The notes beneath the pieces are model-generated. The model was not told the DNA's origin, ran no database searches, and worked only from the letters and a program-made list of their open reading frames with translations. A DNA stretch of 63,469 nt, counting the filler, from Guillardia theta CCMP2712 (Eukaryota > Protista > Cryptophyta): the NCBI RefSeq assembly GCF_000315625.1. It is 4 parts of 4 records of this genome, joined end to end, with 100 filler letters (N's around TTAATTAATTAA, not from the genome) between each part and the next. Parts side by side here need not be neighbours in the genome. Positions count along the whole stretch, not along the records: positions 16,933 to 44,820 come from NW_005434585.1; 3 more parts are not named here. One strand, written 5' to 3'. This document shows, one piece after another, positions 24,307 to 37,657 of this stretch (its first letter is position 1; each line of letters starts with the position of its first letter). Position numbers and translations under genes: made by a program.

Positions 24307-27300
24307 ATGATGCGACGTTCAAGGCAGCATTTCCATGTATGCTTCGCCGGACGATGCGTCCTGTCAAAGTACATTAAATCGCTTTTCAAGGCGGAAAGCA
24401 GGGAAAAGATCGATGCACCCCATGCAAGCTGGCGGGGGAGGGTGGAGATGAGTTGGCGGAGCTGGCCTGCGGTCATGGCGGTTGCAGCCTTGTGCTCGTC
24501 CTCGTGTCAGCCTGTCAGCTGCTCCCTCCTCCTCAAGCCTCCTCCGTCTTGCAACATCAAGCTCGGCTTCTTGCCTGTTGCCTGGAGCCTGACAAGGAGG
24601 GCAGGGCCAGTCTCCGGATGTCCGCGGAGCTGGAGTGGGAGGAGCCCCTGGGAGGGACCGGATGCAGGACGAGATGCTTCTTGCATCGCCGCATGCATTC
24701 GCGATCTCAACAGTGCAAGGAAAGTGGAAAGAAGGACGATGGAGAAGTCAAAGTACTTGTGCTCGACGTATCCACCGGGGGCCCCTTCCTTGCTGCGGAT
24801 CCCTGGAAGCCAAGGGAAGAGGAGGATGGTTCAGTTCCCCGAGGTCTCTGCGCACTACTACCTTCGTCGTCACGATAGGAGGAGGATGAGCCTGCTGGCA
24901 AGCTCAAACGAGATCGAGCCTGATGTGTACCCCGGGAACGAATTTTGGGAGGAAATGATGCTGGGGGTTGACCGCCCTTCGGCTAGGGGCATGCTCCCTC
25001 TGATCAACTCTAAGTATCCACTTGGTGTCGATCCAAACATCAAGGGGGTTTCAGAGTCCAAGGACTCTCTCTTCGAATTCTACAAGAAGGTTCGGCGCCA
25101 GGTGAGCTGCGGGCAGGTGCAACGGAGATCTTTGTGACAAAGGCTCCTGCAGCATCCGAGGAAAGTTCTGTTAGTGCGAGTAGGAGAGTTCTATGAAGCC
25201 TTCGGCTACTGTGCCGTCCTGCTCGTGCAGTGAGACTGCCATTGACGATCGAGCATGCTGTCAACTCTGATCCCCTGGCAGGCATGCGGGACTGAACCCG
25301 ATGGGTAGCCGACTACCGCGGGCAGGATGCCCTGTGGTCAACATTCGTAGGACGCTGCAGGACCTGGTGGACGCGGGGCATTCAGTAGTTGTGAGGATGA
25401 GCAGCTCTGCTTGCGTGAGGTAACGGCAGAGGGGCAGGTGTGCGAGGAAATGCCTGTGCTGCCGGGGGCCAAGGGGAAGAAGAAATCAAGGTTCATCGCT
25501 GGTGAGGATGCAGGAGCAGAGCAGCTCCTCCCTCTGTTCCACCTCAAGATCATGGCAGGCATCGTGACCCCAGCATCTCCCATCTACGTGCACGGCATGT
25601 CGCTCGAGCGCGATAACGACGCGGGGTCGAGGTGCTCGGGTAAAGATTTTCGTGTGTTCCTGTTGGGGTCGAGGATTGTGAACGGCAACGCTGACAGATC
25701 TGCCGCCCATCATTGGGCTGGCAGCAACGACAAGAGGAATCATCCTCTACACCATCTCGCTAGACACTAGATCAGTGAAGGTGGGAAGCATTCCAGAGTA
25801 GAGGCGGCAACGGGATGACTTGGAGCGGGTTGGCAGGTGATGGAAGGGATGACAGAGGAGTCAGTCATGGCAAGGCTTGCAGCAGGAGGTTGCTCTCCTC
25901 CTCTCTACCTCCACAACAAGATCAGGAAGGTTCGCGTCTGCTCAGGGGGCCGAGCGGTCATGAACGTTGCTGTGATCCCAGAACGTTGTCGAGAGCCTCC
26001 AGCAGCAATCAGATCACGCGCATCGCAATCGAGTCTTCCTGTCAGGATCCGTCCGCAGTCCTGCCAATGACAAGTGAGAGAGGATGAACGTGAAGGGCGA
26101 GGGGGGGGCGAGGGCGAGGGGGGTGAAGACGGGGATACGATGTGCGAGGAGGATGGAACTGAGTGACATTGCTCAGACCGGGAACGTTCCTTCGTGCTAT
26201 CCTCGATGCGATCCGAGTTGACATGTCGTTGGCGGTAACGTCTCTGTGCTCCACTCCTTTCGATCTGACTTCCTCCCTCCTCTCCGTCCTCCCACATCGC
26301 CAAGGCCGCGGAAAATTTCACCATTCTCAGTGAAAAGAGCACGGGAAGACCAAGGCCCCTGTACTTGACGACTGCAAGACAGGTGATGAGGAGAATGACA
26401 GTGACGGAGTAGGAGCAATGTTGAGCTGCTGCTGCTGCTGCTGCTGCTACAGACAGAGCTGGAGCGGGAGAGGGCGCTGAATTTTTAAATTTCTTTGTAC
26501 AGATTGGGATCCTTCACAACGACGCTGTTCCCTCCCTCGTCGATGCCATCGTGACCAAAGACTCTGGTGATCGACTCGAGTCTTGGCATTCCCGTCTTGA
26601 CTGGATGAGCTGCAGAGCATCTGATCCGATCCTTCTTCCAACGATGCTTGCTGCACCCCCTTCCGACCGACGTCGCCGATGCCGTCTCGGACGCTCTCAC
26701 TCACCTCAACCAGACTTCTTCTCTCCTTCACTCTCTCCCCCGCTTCCCCGTCATGTCAACGTCTCGGGTTCCCTCCTTCTTTCTCCCTCCTCCTCCCTCC
26801 TCTCTGACATTTTAGCAGATCGCTCGCTACATCTTGGCGTGCGAGGCGAACAACATGATCTTCGAGGACATTTCCCGCGTGTTCAGCACCACTGCTTCCT
26901 CTCTCCGCTCGCCGCAGCTCGTCGACTTCAGCGTCTGCGTGCTGAAAGTCGCGAGGTTTGAGACTGGGATAGGTGAGAGCTGAATGGAAGGAAAAGGGAA
27001 AGGGAAAGGGGAATGGGGGGAGGGGTGGAAGGGGAGTAGCGAGGGAGAAGGGGGAGATGAAAGAGGGGCAGGAAGAAATACGAGGAGGCGGAACGGAAGG
27101 GAAGGGAAGGGAAGGGAAGGGAAGGGAAGAAAAGGGAAGGGAAGAAAAGGGGAAGGGAGGTGAGGGGAGGGAGAAAAAGTGAGGGGGGCAGTGGCTGATG
27201 ATTTCCAAGGGAACGTGGAAGTGGAGCCTTTGCTGAAGGCAGCGGATCAAGTGATTGAAGAAATCAAAGAAACCATCATCTTCTCAGATCGACACGCTGG

Positions 27301-30089
27301 GAGCGAGCAGCGAAAGCTGGAGGACGAGGAGGGTCTCATCGAGGACAGCCCGGGCTGGACCCGCCTGCTGGACTTCTTCTCCTGCAACGAGCAGTTTGCT
27401 GGGAAGGTCAAATTCGAGCGAGCTGAGAAACCATTCCAGCTGGTGGACGACGCCAAGGATCGCGTCATCCGCTGTTTCTCCGAGGAGCTCGTGCCGGTCT
27501 GGGGGGCCCTGGTGGAGAACTCGCGGGGGGAGTCGAAGAAGGCGAGGAAGGTGACCCTGGATCATGATGTGGTAAACAACGACCTCTACATCCGTGGCAT
27601 CTCCCTGGAGCGAGCTGAGAAGTTGCTTCCTCCGGGCCAAGCCTCTCTCCTCGTCGTCCCTCGAGACAGGAACGGCCGACTTCTCCACGACTGTGTGAGC
27701 TCACGAGGCTCGGCCGAGGCGATCGCTGCATACAAGGAAGCATGCGAGCATGCGACTGCGGCGGTGCGAGAGGTCCTGCGAACTCTGTCCTCGTTCGTGG
27801 GAGACCGGATGCCGTTCCTGATCAACTCAGTCGCCTTCTGCACCATCGCCAAGGCTCTGGTCGCGCACTACGCGGAGGCCAGCAGGAAGAGCTGGTGCTT
27901 CCCCGATCGGGTCAAGAGCCAAGAGGGGCAGGTGGGGGAGGACACGCTGAACATAGGAGGGCTGATCCCCTACTGGATGGACCCACAGAAACCAGGTGAG
28001 CAAGGAGGAGGAGGAGGAGGAGGAGAAAGAGAGGGAGGAGGAGGAGGAGGAGGACGAGACCGACACAGCTCTAAGAGAAGAGCATGCGCAGGAGTGATAG
28101 TAGCCAACGACATCAAGCTCTCCGGCATGATCGTTCTCACTGGGCCCAACACTGCCGGCAAGTCGACCATCATGCGCTCCGTCTGCGCCGTCTCCCTCCT
28201 TGGCAACTGCGGGTTGATGGTGCCCGCCAGTCATGCAAAGGTAGCCGCTCCTCCTCCTAGCCGCTCCTCTTGCTTCTCGTCTGTTCGCTAGTCCTCCTTC
28301 CCTTCCTTCTTCACCATTACCACATGCTCCTCGTCCTCGTCCTCGTCCTCCACTACCATCACCACCACCACCTCCTCCTCCTCCTCCGCCCCCTTTCCTC
28401 GTGCACTTTATCTTCGTCGCTTTTTGATCTGCAGCTGAGCCATTGCGCAGGTCCCCGTGCAGGACAGCTACTTCCTGCGAGCCGCCTCCTTCGACTCGCC
28501 GGCCGAGGGGCTGTCAGCCTTCGCCATGGAGATGCTGGACACAGCGACGATACTGCGAGATGCGACGAGCAAGACGCTGGTGAGCGAGTGCAACGGAGGA
28601 GAGAAGGGAAGGGGAAGGAGGACGAGAGAGAAGGGGAGGGGAGGGGAGAAGAGCATGCTAGAGGGGGTCTGCTCGTGAAGGCAGAGCAGGTGCTGGTGGA
28701 CGAGCTGGGGCGAGGCACGGAGACACGTGCGGGAGCAGCGATAGCTGGAGCCGTGCTGGAGGAGCTGCTGGCTAGGAGATGTCGCGGAATCTTCACGACG
28801 CACCTGCACGAGATGTTTGACCTGCCGCTCGAGATCAGTGAGGGAGGAGGAGGACGGGGAAAGTCAGGACAAGTGAGGAGGATAAGACGACAGGAGCGAG
28901 GAGGAGGAGGAGGAGGAGGGGGGAGGAGAAGGAGGAGACCCGGGGGGACGGCGAGGAAAGAAGAAAGACCTCTATATGGAGGGGGCGGTGGAGGGAGAGG
29001 AAGTGGTGGTTGAGGGAGAGTACTGTAATCTCTGTACCGCTTGCTGTTTGTGACGACGGAGTAGGTCAGGCGAGGTTTCAGCAGATGGAAGTGAAGATGA
29101 AGAAGAACGGCGCCTGGGACCCAACATGGCGGCTGGTGGCTGGCCGATGCGTCGACAGCCTGGCAGTGCATGCAGCAGAGAAGTGCGGGATACCCGGCAT
29201 GCTCATTCGACGCGCCAAGACTCTGGTGAAGTGGCAGAATCGCGTGTCAAAGAGGAGCGTGCAAGGGGAGCAGGCGGGGCTGGAGGAGGAGGTAACAGAC
29301 TTCAGTCTGTACGAGGAGCAGGAGCAGGAGCAGGAACCGCAGCAGGAGCAGGAGCCGCAGCAAGTGTCGGAGATATTCTTTGCAGAGGGCGAAGGGGAGC
29401 GGGAAGAAGGGGAGGAAGTGGTGGAAGAAGAGGATGAACCAGACGAGGACGTGGAGAAGGCGGAGAAGGAGGTGGGAAGGGCTCGAGGGAGGAGGAGGAA
29501 GGAGGGAGCCGCTGCAGAGAATCAGCGCAGCTTGGAGGAAGCGATCGCGGTGCTGAGGAACTTGATCCAGAAGCAGCAGGGGGGGGCGAAGGATGTGGAG
29601 GTCACGATCATTGACGAGAGCTCTGAACCTCATCCTAATGCGCAAGGGAGCTCGCATGTTTACCTGGCCCGGACCAGCCTTGGCTTCTTCTATGTGGGAG
29701 AGACCGACGACATCCGCACCCGCATTCAGGTGCTCTTCCTCCTTGACCCCTCTCGTGCTGCCACTGGCAGGACATGGCAGAACGTGTCCTCCTCCTCCTC
29801 CTCCTCCTCCTCCTCCTCCTCCTCCTCCTCCTCCTCCTCCTCCTCCTCCTCCTCCTCCTCCTCCTCCTTCCTCGCTCTCGCCCAATCTTTGTTACGTCTC
29901 CCTCTGCCTCCTTTCCGTCATTCTTGATGCCTGGGCAGGCCCATCGTAGGAAGAAGCAGATGAAGGAGGCCATCTTCGCGCTCTTTGAGATCCAGGAAGG
30001 AAAGAGCAGGGCGAGGCAGGTGGAGGCTCAGGGGATCGCAGCCCTGGTGGAGGTGAAGTGCATCTGCTCCCACCTCCCGATAACTGCTG

Positions 30090-30179
<90 letters not shown>

Positions 30180-30343
30180 CTACTTCTTCCGCCCCTCACA
30201 GCTCTGCGCAGGCTGGGTTCGCGATGTTGTCGGCCAAGGATGCAGGTGTAGAAGAGAGTTCAACGAGTTTATTTGTCGTTCTGACGGTTGGCGCAGAACA
30301 TTTTCGCTTCGGGGGGCGCGTGACGAGATCACAGGAAACGTAA
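24307..30343 (+). CDS. MSH1: Plant-type MutS homolog 1 with C-terminal GIY-YIG endonuclease
   Basis: HPRKVLLVRVGEFYEAFGYCAVLLVQHAGLNPMG (domain I, FYE), LTGPNTAGKST (Walker A), DSPAEGLSAFAMEM, LVDELGRGTET, THLH, and SHVYLARTSLGFFYVGETDDIRTRIQAHR (GIY-YIG); second in-frame ATG at 24448. Confidence 0.95.
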
Positions 30344-30390
30344 AAGTACAAAAGCGAGCACAACACAAGAGAGTAGAAGCAGGTTGCTTC

Positions 30391-31761
30391 CTACTCCTTC
30401 TTTCTTGGAACCACAAACAGAGCCGATCCGTCAGCGAATTCTCTGTTGCGCACAAACGTCAGTCACTATCTCGAGCTCACTCCCGCACTTACGTCTGCTT
30501 GCCGTCGCTGACAACAGCGTCCAGAGTTACCTTTCGCCCTTCAATGCTCTTTAGCTTGACTGTGATCTGACCACGAGACAACTCAGCAGGGCAGGAGAGG
30601 GAGAAAAGGTGGAGAGGGAGGGAGGGAGAGGGAGAAAAGGGAGGGAGGGAGAGGGAGGGAGGGAGAGGGAGGGAGGGAGAGGGATTGAAGAGAAGGAGAG
30701 GCGAAGTTTAGAAGCGGATTGGGGTCAAGGACAGCAGGGGGAAGAGAAGCAACAGGCACACCAGTAGAGGAATCCCGGCAGGGGTCGGCTTCTTGTAGTT
30801 GACATGCAGGTAGGCCGTGAAGCCAAGTCCCCTCCCCAACGCCATGAACGCGTGCCCGCAAGACTCGTCGATGGCGGTGGCTATCGCTCCTCCGTGAACG
30901 ATCTCGGGGTGGCCCACCTGCTGCTTCTCAGGCCAGCCGAAGCCAAGGGGACGAGGAGGAGAGCCAGAAGGGGATGGAGCGAAGGAGGTCCGAGGGAACC
31001 ACGAGCAAGCAGGAGATGAGACAATGAAGTGGAGGAGGAACGGTGACGAGGAGGAGGGAGCGGGGAAGGGAGAGGATGGCGAGGAGGACAAAGGGAAAGG
31101 GGGGGGGGGGAAGGGGATTACCGCATCCTTCCCAAAGTGCCATGTGCAGTACACGTCTCTTGATTCGTATCCCTACCGATCGTCGTCAGCGAGTGAAGAG
31201 GGAGCTCTTTTTCGAAAGACCTTCTGGTTCTTCTTGTCCTCCTCCTCCTGCTCTTCACTGTACGGAGTTTCCGGGATGTAAATCTTGGTGAGCAAGCGTC
31301 AAGGAATCCTTCCCACGTCCTCTCAACACTCACCCTCGGCATGCAGACCAGCAAAGCTCCATCAGTGCTGCTCTGAGCAAACCGACTCACCTGGGCCTGC
31401 AACTTCAACCTGACCACACTCTCACTCTGAGCTTTGTTGACACTCCTTCACAGAGAGCATACCCGGGCCTGGAAGCGATCTCTTCCTCCCACTCTGGGAG
31501 CTTCAAGGTCGGAGGGAAGAAATAGTTCTTGATGATGGTTCCGATCTTGGGCACGAGCAGCTTTGGCACATAGAGGTACAAACTAACTGCCAGACAGATG
31601 GCGGTGAAGCATGAAGAGACCAATACCTCGTAATGAGGTCGAGGCAGCCTCCATTCTCCCGCTACCGAATGCGCATCCTTGTATCCCTCTGCCCATGCCA
31701 CGCTTCCTCCTGCAAGAGCCGCTCCGCCGATGAAGAGCGCAGTAGCTTGCTTTGCAAACAT
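30391..31761 (-). CDS. Hotdog-fold acyl-CoA thioesterase (THEM4/PaaI-like)
   Basis: GHPEIVHGGAIATAIDESCG, GFTAYLHVNYKKPTP, IEGRKVTLDAVV, FADGSALFVVP. Confidence 0.9.
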
Positions 31762-32419
31762 GCTGTCGAGGGAAGAGTAAGTATGAAAGAAACCAGCATA
31801 ACCACCATCCACAGATCTACTTTCATGCATCCCTCATACATTCACTTCCAAATAGACCTCATCCTCTCCTCCTCCTCATGCTGATGCTCCTCCCCCTCCC
31901 CCTCCCCCTCCCTCTCCTCCTCCTCATGCTTATCACCCCCCACCACCACCCCCCACCCCTTCCTCCTCCTCCTCCTCCTCCTCCTCCTCCTCCTTCTCCT
32001 CACCTTCTGAATCCCCGCATTTTTGTCGGGCTCCTGTTCCTGTTAAAAGCACTCAATGCACCCCCCACCTCTCGTATCCCCTAGCTGGGTCCCCACCCTA
32101 TCTATTACCTCCACAATTACCATCATTGTACCGGTATCTTCCAGATTTCTGAGTACCCCCACCTACTATCAACCCCCTTGCACAGGGCTCCCGACGTAGA
32201 GTACCCCTATCTTCCCATTCCACTACCCCTCTGGTATTCAAGGATCTTCGTGTCTGCCTGCTAGACCCCCTGCCATTCATTCAATACCCCTGCAAATGAC
32301 TGCAAATTTGAGTGTCAAGGGTAGGTATTGTCACACCAGCACCGGTGCTTGGAAAAGGGTAGTCTACGGGGGTAGTTGACTGCAACGTGGAAGATAGTTT
32401 GGGGGTGGGGGTGGGGGTA

Positions 32420-32560
32420 GGCCCGCCGGTTCTCCGGACTCCTCCGAACCGGTGACAGTCACCCGGCGGGTCCGGTCGGACCTCCGAACGACCACACCGG
32501 GTCCGCCCCCCAACTCCGCTCACTGACTCGGAGCGCCGCGCCCCGGCATGCGTCACATAA
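32420..32560. repeat. CpG-rich TGACTC/CCGG dispersed element
   Basis: gtgacagtcac, cactgactcggagcgccgcgccccgg; same motif vocabulary as 53680-54145, 37455-37545 and 58640-58705. Confidence 0.55.
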
Positions 32561-32624
32561 CAGGAGTTTACCATAAACTTTCACATAGTTTCATAACAGC
32601 AGCCTTAGCTCGCAATGGCATTGC

Positions 32625-34194
32625 TCACAGGCTTGCAGTGCCTTGAGGTCGTTGACCCGGGCAAAAGTACCACAAGGGCATCATTATTGCAAGCATCACA
32701 AGGTCGACACACATGTAGTTCCCGCCTAGCTGGTTGTCGGAGATACTAGCGAGGGGATAGACCAAGAGAGAAATGACCGCAGCCACTAGCTGCATGAGTC
32801 CGAAGAGAAACCCGAAGTTGGCATACCCGAACGTGGCTGAGGTGTAAGAGTAGAGCACTGCAAAGAGGACCATACGGTGAAGGCTGATGAAGATGATGGA
32901 CAAAAACTGCACCTGAAGCACAGGCACGACATTTGTAATACCTGCAATACAATGCTGTTAGACCCGTATGACGGAACAGGGCAGTAAAAACTTTACCGTA
33001 GCCCATTCCCAGCATATTGCAAAATATGAAACCGTGCCAAAGGCTGTATCGGTCAATTATACGCCCGATTAAAGGTATAGACAAGGCACCAAAAGGTAGA
33101 AGAAGTGTTAGTGCCAGAGTATAAACATTTGTTTGTGAAGAATTGCCTTTTCCTTCAAGATACTGTATCTGCTGTATGAAAGTGCCAATGTACAAGTTGA
33201 AGCGTAGGACATGAATACAAGCAAAGCTGAAGAGCAGCAGGTACTCTTTCGATCGCATCTGGCGTAACAGAGGGGCATTCACCAAAGAATTCGAGGCTGT
33301 CCCGGGGATACGAGCATTGGATTCAGTACCGAGATCAGTCTGCGTGTCTATATCGCCTTGAGTTCCATCGGACTTAGAGGTATACTCAGAGATGACTTCA
33401 GACTTGGATGCTTCGAGAACGACGTCCTCGGTCACTTGTGGGGGCATCTCGACATTTTCGACAATGCTGCTGTGCGGAACGATGGTGTATCTCAGAAGAA
33501 ACCCCCTTAGATAGACCTTGTCTCCGTCTTGAAACCGTTTGATGGGCCAGACAAATGCTCCAGCAAGGGCGAGAAGCATCAACCAGGAGGCATGCACGAG
33601 GAAGACGTACTCCCTGTTCGCATGCACGCCCTCCAGCAACCAGCCCTCGAGAGGAAAGAGAATCGCGCTCATGACAAACGCACCGACCAGGCAGCTCTTC
33701 ATTGTCCCTCTGATCCCCTCTCTGAATAAGTTGGCAAGGTGAAACAGAGAAAGATGCACGCCGGGGCCCCGCCCGATCAAGGCGAACGCTTCTGGGTATC
33801 CATCGAAGCCGTTGGAGTCGCTAAACGACAAGATGTAAAACCCGATAGATATGCAGGTCAAACCTGTGCATGATGCAATTTTAGGCCCAATGCGGTCGAG
33901 AATTATGCCATGGCAGATGAAGGAAGCGAACAACGCAGATGATCCGATGGTATACAGAAGGCTAAACCGCAGGTCTTGATTGGCGCAATGTACCGTGCCT
34001 GACGTTGAATTGGTGGAGCTGCATAGAGAAGAGTACTGGCCAATGTTTTTCAGAGCGCTAGCAATGGCTGTGAAACCAAATATGATTCCCGAGCAGCTGA
34101 ATGATTGAATCAGGCCGAAAATGAAGAGAATGGTGCGGGAAGTTTCGAAGTTGCACCAGGTTCTGGAAGCAGCGGTCGCTTCCGTTGAATCCAT
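32625..34194 (-). CDS. MFS transporter, SLC43/FMP42 (LAT3-like) family
   Basis: SGIIFGFTAIASALKNIGQYSSLC, QDLRFSLLYTIG, GIILDRIGPK, IHVLRFNLYIGT, IGRIIDRY, ATFGYANFGFLFGL; about 12 hydrophobic segments. Confidence 0.85.
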
Positions 34195-35558
34195 CTTTGT
34201 TTGTTGATGTGGTTACGAAACTTTCGATTTTTAGATGAGCTCACTTCTGCTCGTATATTCCTACTTGGAGTATATCCCTTGCACAGTTCTGCCCACAATA
34301 TGTAATGTTGTATCCAATGAAGCGCTGCAACTCAGTCCCAAAGTCAATATCTCTCGCTTTCCCTCAAGAGACCACCGGGCGTTCCAACTTCGTTCTGTTG
34401 AAGACTCTCTTTGCACAAGGTTCTCTCCTCCCCTTCGCTTCCGCGCTGCTTCTTTTTCGCAGCCTCCTCTCTTCACCACTCTCAACCCATTCCGTCCCTT
34501 GCTCCATCACAAACCTTGCAAGCGTGATCACCCCCCTAATTTCCTCACCACCCCTCCTCTTCCCTTATTTTACCCCCATCATACCGTCACTTTCCGCCCC
34601 ACCCCCTGTCTTGTTTGTCTCATCCCCCGATTACCCACCCCCACCCCCCTTCACTCAACAAACCACCCCTCCTTTCCACTTCCCACCTGCCTACCTGTGC
34701 CTTCCCTGCCCTCATCGCCTCCTCCTCCCTCTCCTCCCTCCTCTTCCTCTTTCCCGCTCTCGAATATCTCTATGACCCCCTCTTGGCCCACCCAAAGATG
34801 AGCAGAAGGGAGTTGAGCATTCCTTCAGAACTCCTCAACAATGAAAGGTTTGCTCGATGTCTCCGATCGACAACAATTTATTTCAAAGCGCCTTGCACGC
34901 TTGTTGAACGACTCGTTTCATGATACAGTTTCAGCTCAAAGTATTATCTGTCAGCATTGCCTCTGTTCATGAGATCCGTTTTGGCTTCAGATGCCATGTG
35001 GAACATCTCCTTGCAGTAAACTATGAGAGCAATCACCGGGTTCACGATTACCATTTCCCACCCTCACAGATTGACAGCAGAACATCTTTGCTCGCTCAAC
35101 ACAAACATCTTGTGTTGATCAGCAGTTACGACAAGTCTGCATGCTTTCCTCTCTTGGCTCCTCATCAACTTTTCCTCTCTGCCTCCACCGGCTGCTACGA
35201 CATGCTTGTCGAAACTCTCTGGGGTAGGGTACTAAGATAGGAAAGAGGGGGTAGGGGTGCATGGGCTTTCTTGGCGGGAACAAGTTTGTGGGTTATGCAG
35301 AGCGAGGTGATGAAGGTGAAAGGGTGTCGATGTTCGAGAGGATGGGCGTCAGAGATTACACAGATCTATGTAGAGTTTAGTCCTCAAAGTCTTGAGAATT
35401 TGAAACATTTCGGCACGCCTCTCTCTTACAGTTTGGTCTCACGAAACATGGTTGTTTTGAATTCATTTTCTGCAAAGCTCGAAATTTACTAAACAAACGT
35501 ACTTCTTTGTTCAGATAAAACAAACCTTGGAAGTGAATCTTGTTTGGAGAAGACACTG

Positions 35559-36480
35559 ATGAGCACTTGGATTGTAAAGCCTGAATTTACAAGCCTTGTT
35601 GAGAGCTCAATGGCGATATTGAAGCATGACGATAGCAAGCATATCAAGGTCGTTCAATCTACAAAGATACCTGCCGACATAATCCTGTCGTACGGATCTA
35701 GAAGCATTTCGCTGATTATTCTCGAAGTGAAGGAAGATGTTGGAATTTCAGCTGAGCGTCTCGAGTCTATCAAGTCCATCGGAATGAAATTTGGTTGTGA
35801 TAGATCCGCCGTGATAGTTGTTTGCACCTCCCATGAAGACCTCTTCAGCAGCATTTCGTCAGTGCACAAGACATGCTGGTAACCAAAGGAGGAGAAGACT
35901 TTGAGGAGCTCATGCACGTCGTTTGCAAATGATTTGAATCAGGATGTTGCCCATTCAGAATCGGCCAAGAATTCTTGAATTTCCGAATGGCATTACTACG
36001 GTAAATTCGTAATAATGATTTGGTTCGTGAGCATAGTTTCAATGTAAGCCAATCTCAAGGGTAAGCTCAGTTGACAGGATGTTGTGCTAAATTCGCAATC
36101 CCTGACTCGGTTCTTGAGCAGAAACTAACACAGATTCCAGAAAGAAGCCTTGATAGGGTTTGTGAGGACACTACCAAGGCTTGCAGACTTGACCAATCAG
36201 GCATGTGAGCTCTGATCGGCGCATCAGAGCATCAAGTGTTCTTATTAGACGCATCCAAGATATCGTGCGATGATATGAACATTTGATGGTCGATGCATTT
36301 CTGCATTTGCTGATCTTGGTTTCCAGTGCCGAGAGTTCCTGGAAGCTAATCTGAAGAGCGACCATGTCATCCAACCGATCATTCACTCTCTAATGAGGCG
36401 ACGCGAAAACTTGAAGCAGGTGAACGTCAAATAATCCGGTCGAAAACGGTGACCCTTGAGGGCACAGAAGATTGAACGTG
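35559..36480 (+). CDS. Putative ERCC1/PTD(SPO16)-like inactive nuclease-fold protein; exon structure incomplete
   Basis: PADIILSYGSRSISLIILE...ERLESIK...AVIVV...QNRPRILEF resembles the PARTING DANCERS/ERCC1 central domain; downstream exons not resolved. Confidence 0.4.
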
Positions 36481-36803
36481 ACCATCCATCTGCAACACAG
36501 AGAGAGCGCGGTATGAGTTGTAGAAATTTCTTTCAATGATCTCTGCAACTGCAGGATTCTGAGACAAATTTCATCTCAATCAGGAATTCAATCAAATAAT
36601 TCCAAGTGATTTGCAGAGACGATAAATACCAAGTTCCATGTGTCACTTGACCTCTGAAAATAAAGATCAATATGAGACGAATGCACACGGGTTAGAAGTA
36701 GAAATGCTTGTTTAATAACTACAAACCAGCAGGCATTTGCTTTACCCTCCTCTAACTCACCCGAGTGAAAAATTATCTTACATCACCGAACCGAAACCGC
36801 GCT

Positions 36804-37292
36804 CTAGACACCGCTGGGTCCCTTAGGTCCTCGGGGACCCACAGGCCCCTGGAGTCCCTTGGGACCTGGAGGTCCCTGGTCACCTTGAGGTCCTGCCAAA
36901 CTTCCAACCGGTCCCGCTGGTCCTGGAGGTCCTTCGGGGCCAGGAGGGCCTTCCTGGCCTTGTCTACCCAGTTTGATGCTGATCAAGGTTCCCTCCCCAG
37001 CATTCGACTTCAGCTTTGCAACATCATCTTCCAACCCATTCACCATCGCATTCACTTTCTCATAGATCTCCTCCACGTCAGCAGGCGTCTTGCGCGCTCC
37101 AACGGGCAGGGGAGCCCCTTCCCTGAAGTCCTTGGGGTTATAAGAATCACTCTCATCTTCCCCCGTCAGCTGCACCAGCGACGAGATCTGCTTGTTGTCG
37201 TTCGGGATGAAGGTCATGCACATGATAACGCCAACACACAGCAGGCCGCATCCCACAACTGGAGCGCTGAACCGCGTCCTCCACATCTCCAT
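36804..37292 (-). CDS. Small type-II membrane collagen-like protein
   Basis: N-terminal hydrophobic anchor, heptad coiled coil ([24 protein letters not shown]), about 16 Gly-X-Y triplets with one interruption. Confidence 0.8.
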   Translation of the reverse strand: MEMWRTRFSAPVVGCGLLCVGVIMCMTFIPNDNKQISSLVQLTGEDESDSYNPKDFREGAPLPVGARKTPADVEEIYEKVNAMVNGLEDDVAKLKSNAGEGTLISIKLGRQGQEGPPGPEGPPGPAGPVGSLAGPQGDQGPPGPKGLQGPVGPRGPKGPSGV

Positions 37293-37657
37293 GGCGAAAG
37301 GTCAGCTTATCACCCTACCCCTGTCGCGGAATTCCAAGGAATCACCCACCCCCATATTCGACTACCCCCAAAACTCCTCAGTACCCCTGCAATCAGCGAT
37401 GCATTCATGACCACCCTACCCTTGACTAATAAAGGTTAGCCTCAGTAATAATCCACTGCTCGGCCTCGGCCCGGCGCCGGGCCCGAGCGGCGGATGCCCG
37501 GGATAAGTAAAAAAAATTGACTACTCCAACCGCCCGCGGCGCTCCAATGGGTTGGGAAACTTCCAAGGGAGAGAACGAGCGCTCGGAAGGAAGACAGTGA
37601 TGGTGGAACTTGCAAGGATGGAGCTGTCGTTCAACTGAAGTCACAGACTTGACTATC

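Noticed and set aside
29640-30060. Mobile GIY-YIG homing endonuclease
   Set aside because: It is the in-frame C-terminal domain of MSH1
34798-35240. Small plus-strand gene starting MSRRELSIPSELL
   Set aside because: Splice signals are present but no consistent frame or family could be established
4451-36480. DNA-repair gene cluster (RMI2, MSH1, ERCC1-like)
   Set aside because: The genes are far apart, interspersed with unrelated genes and separated by a scaffold join
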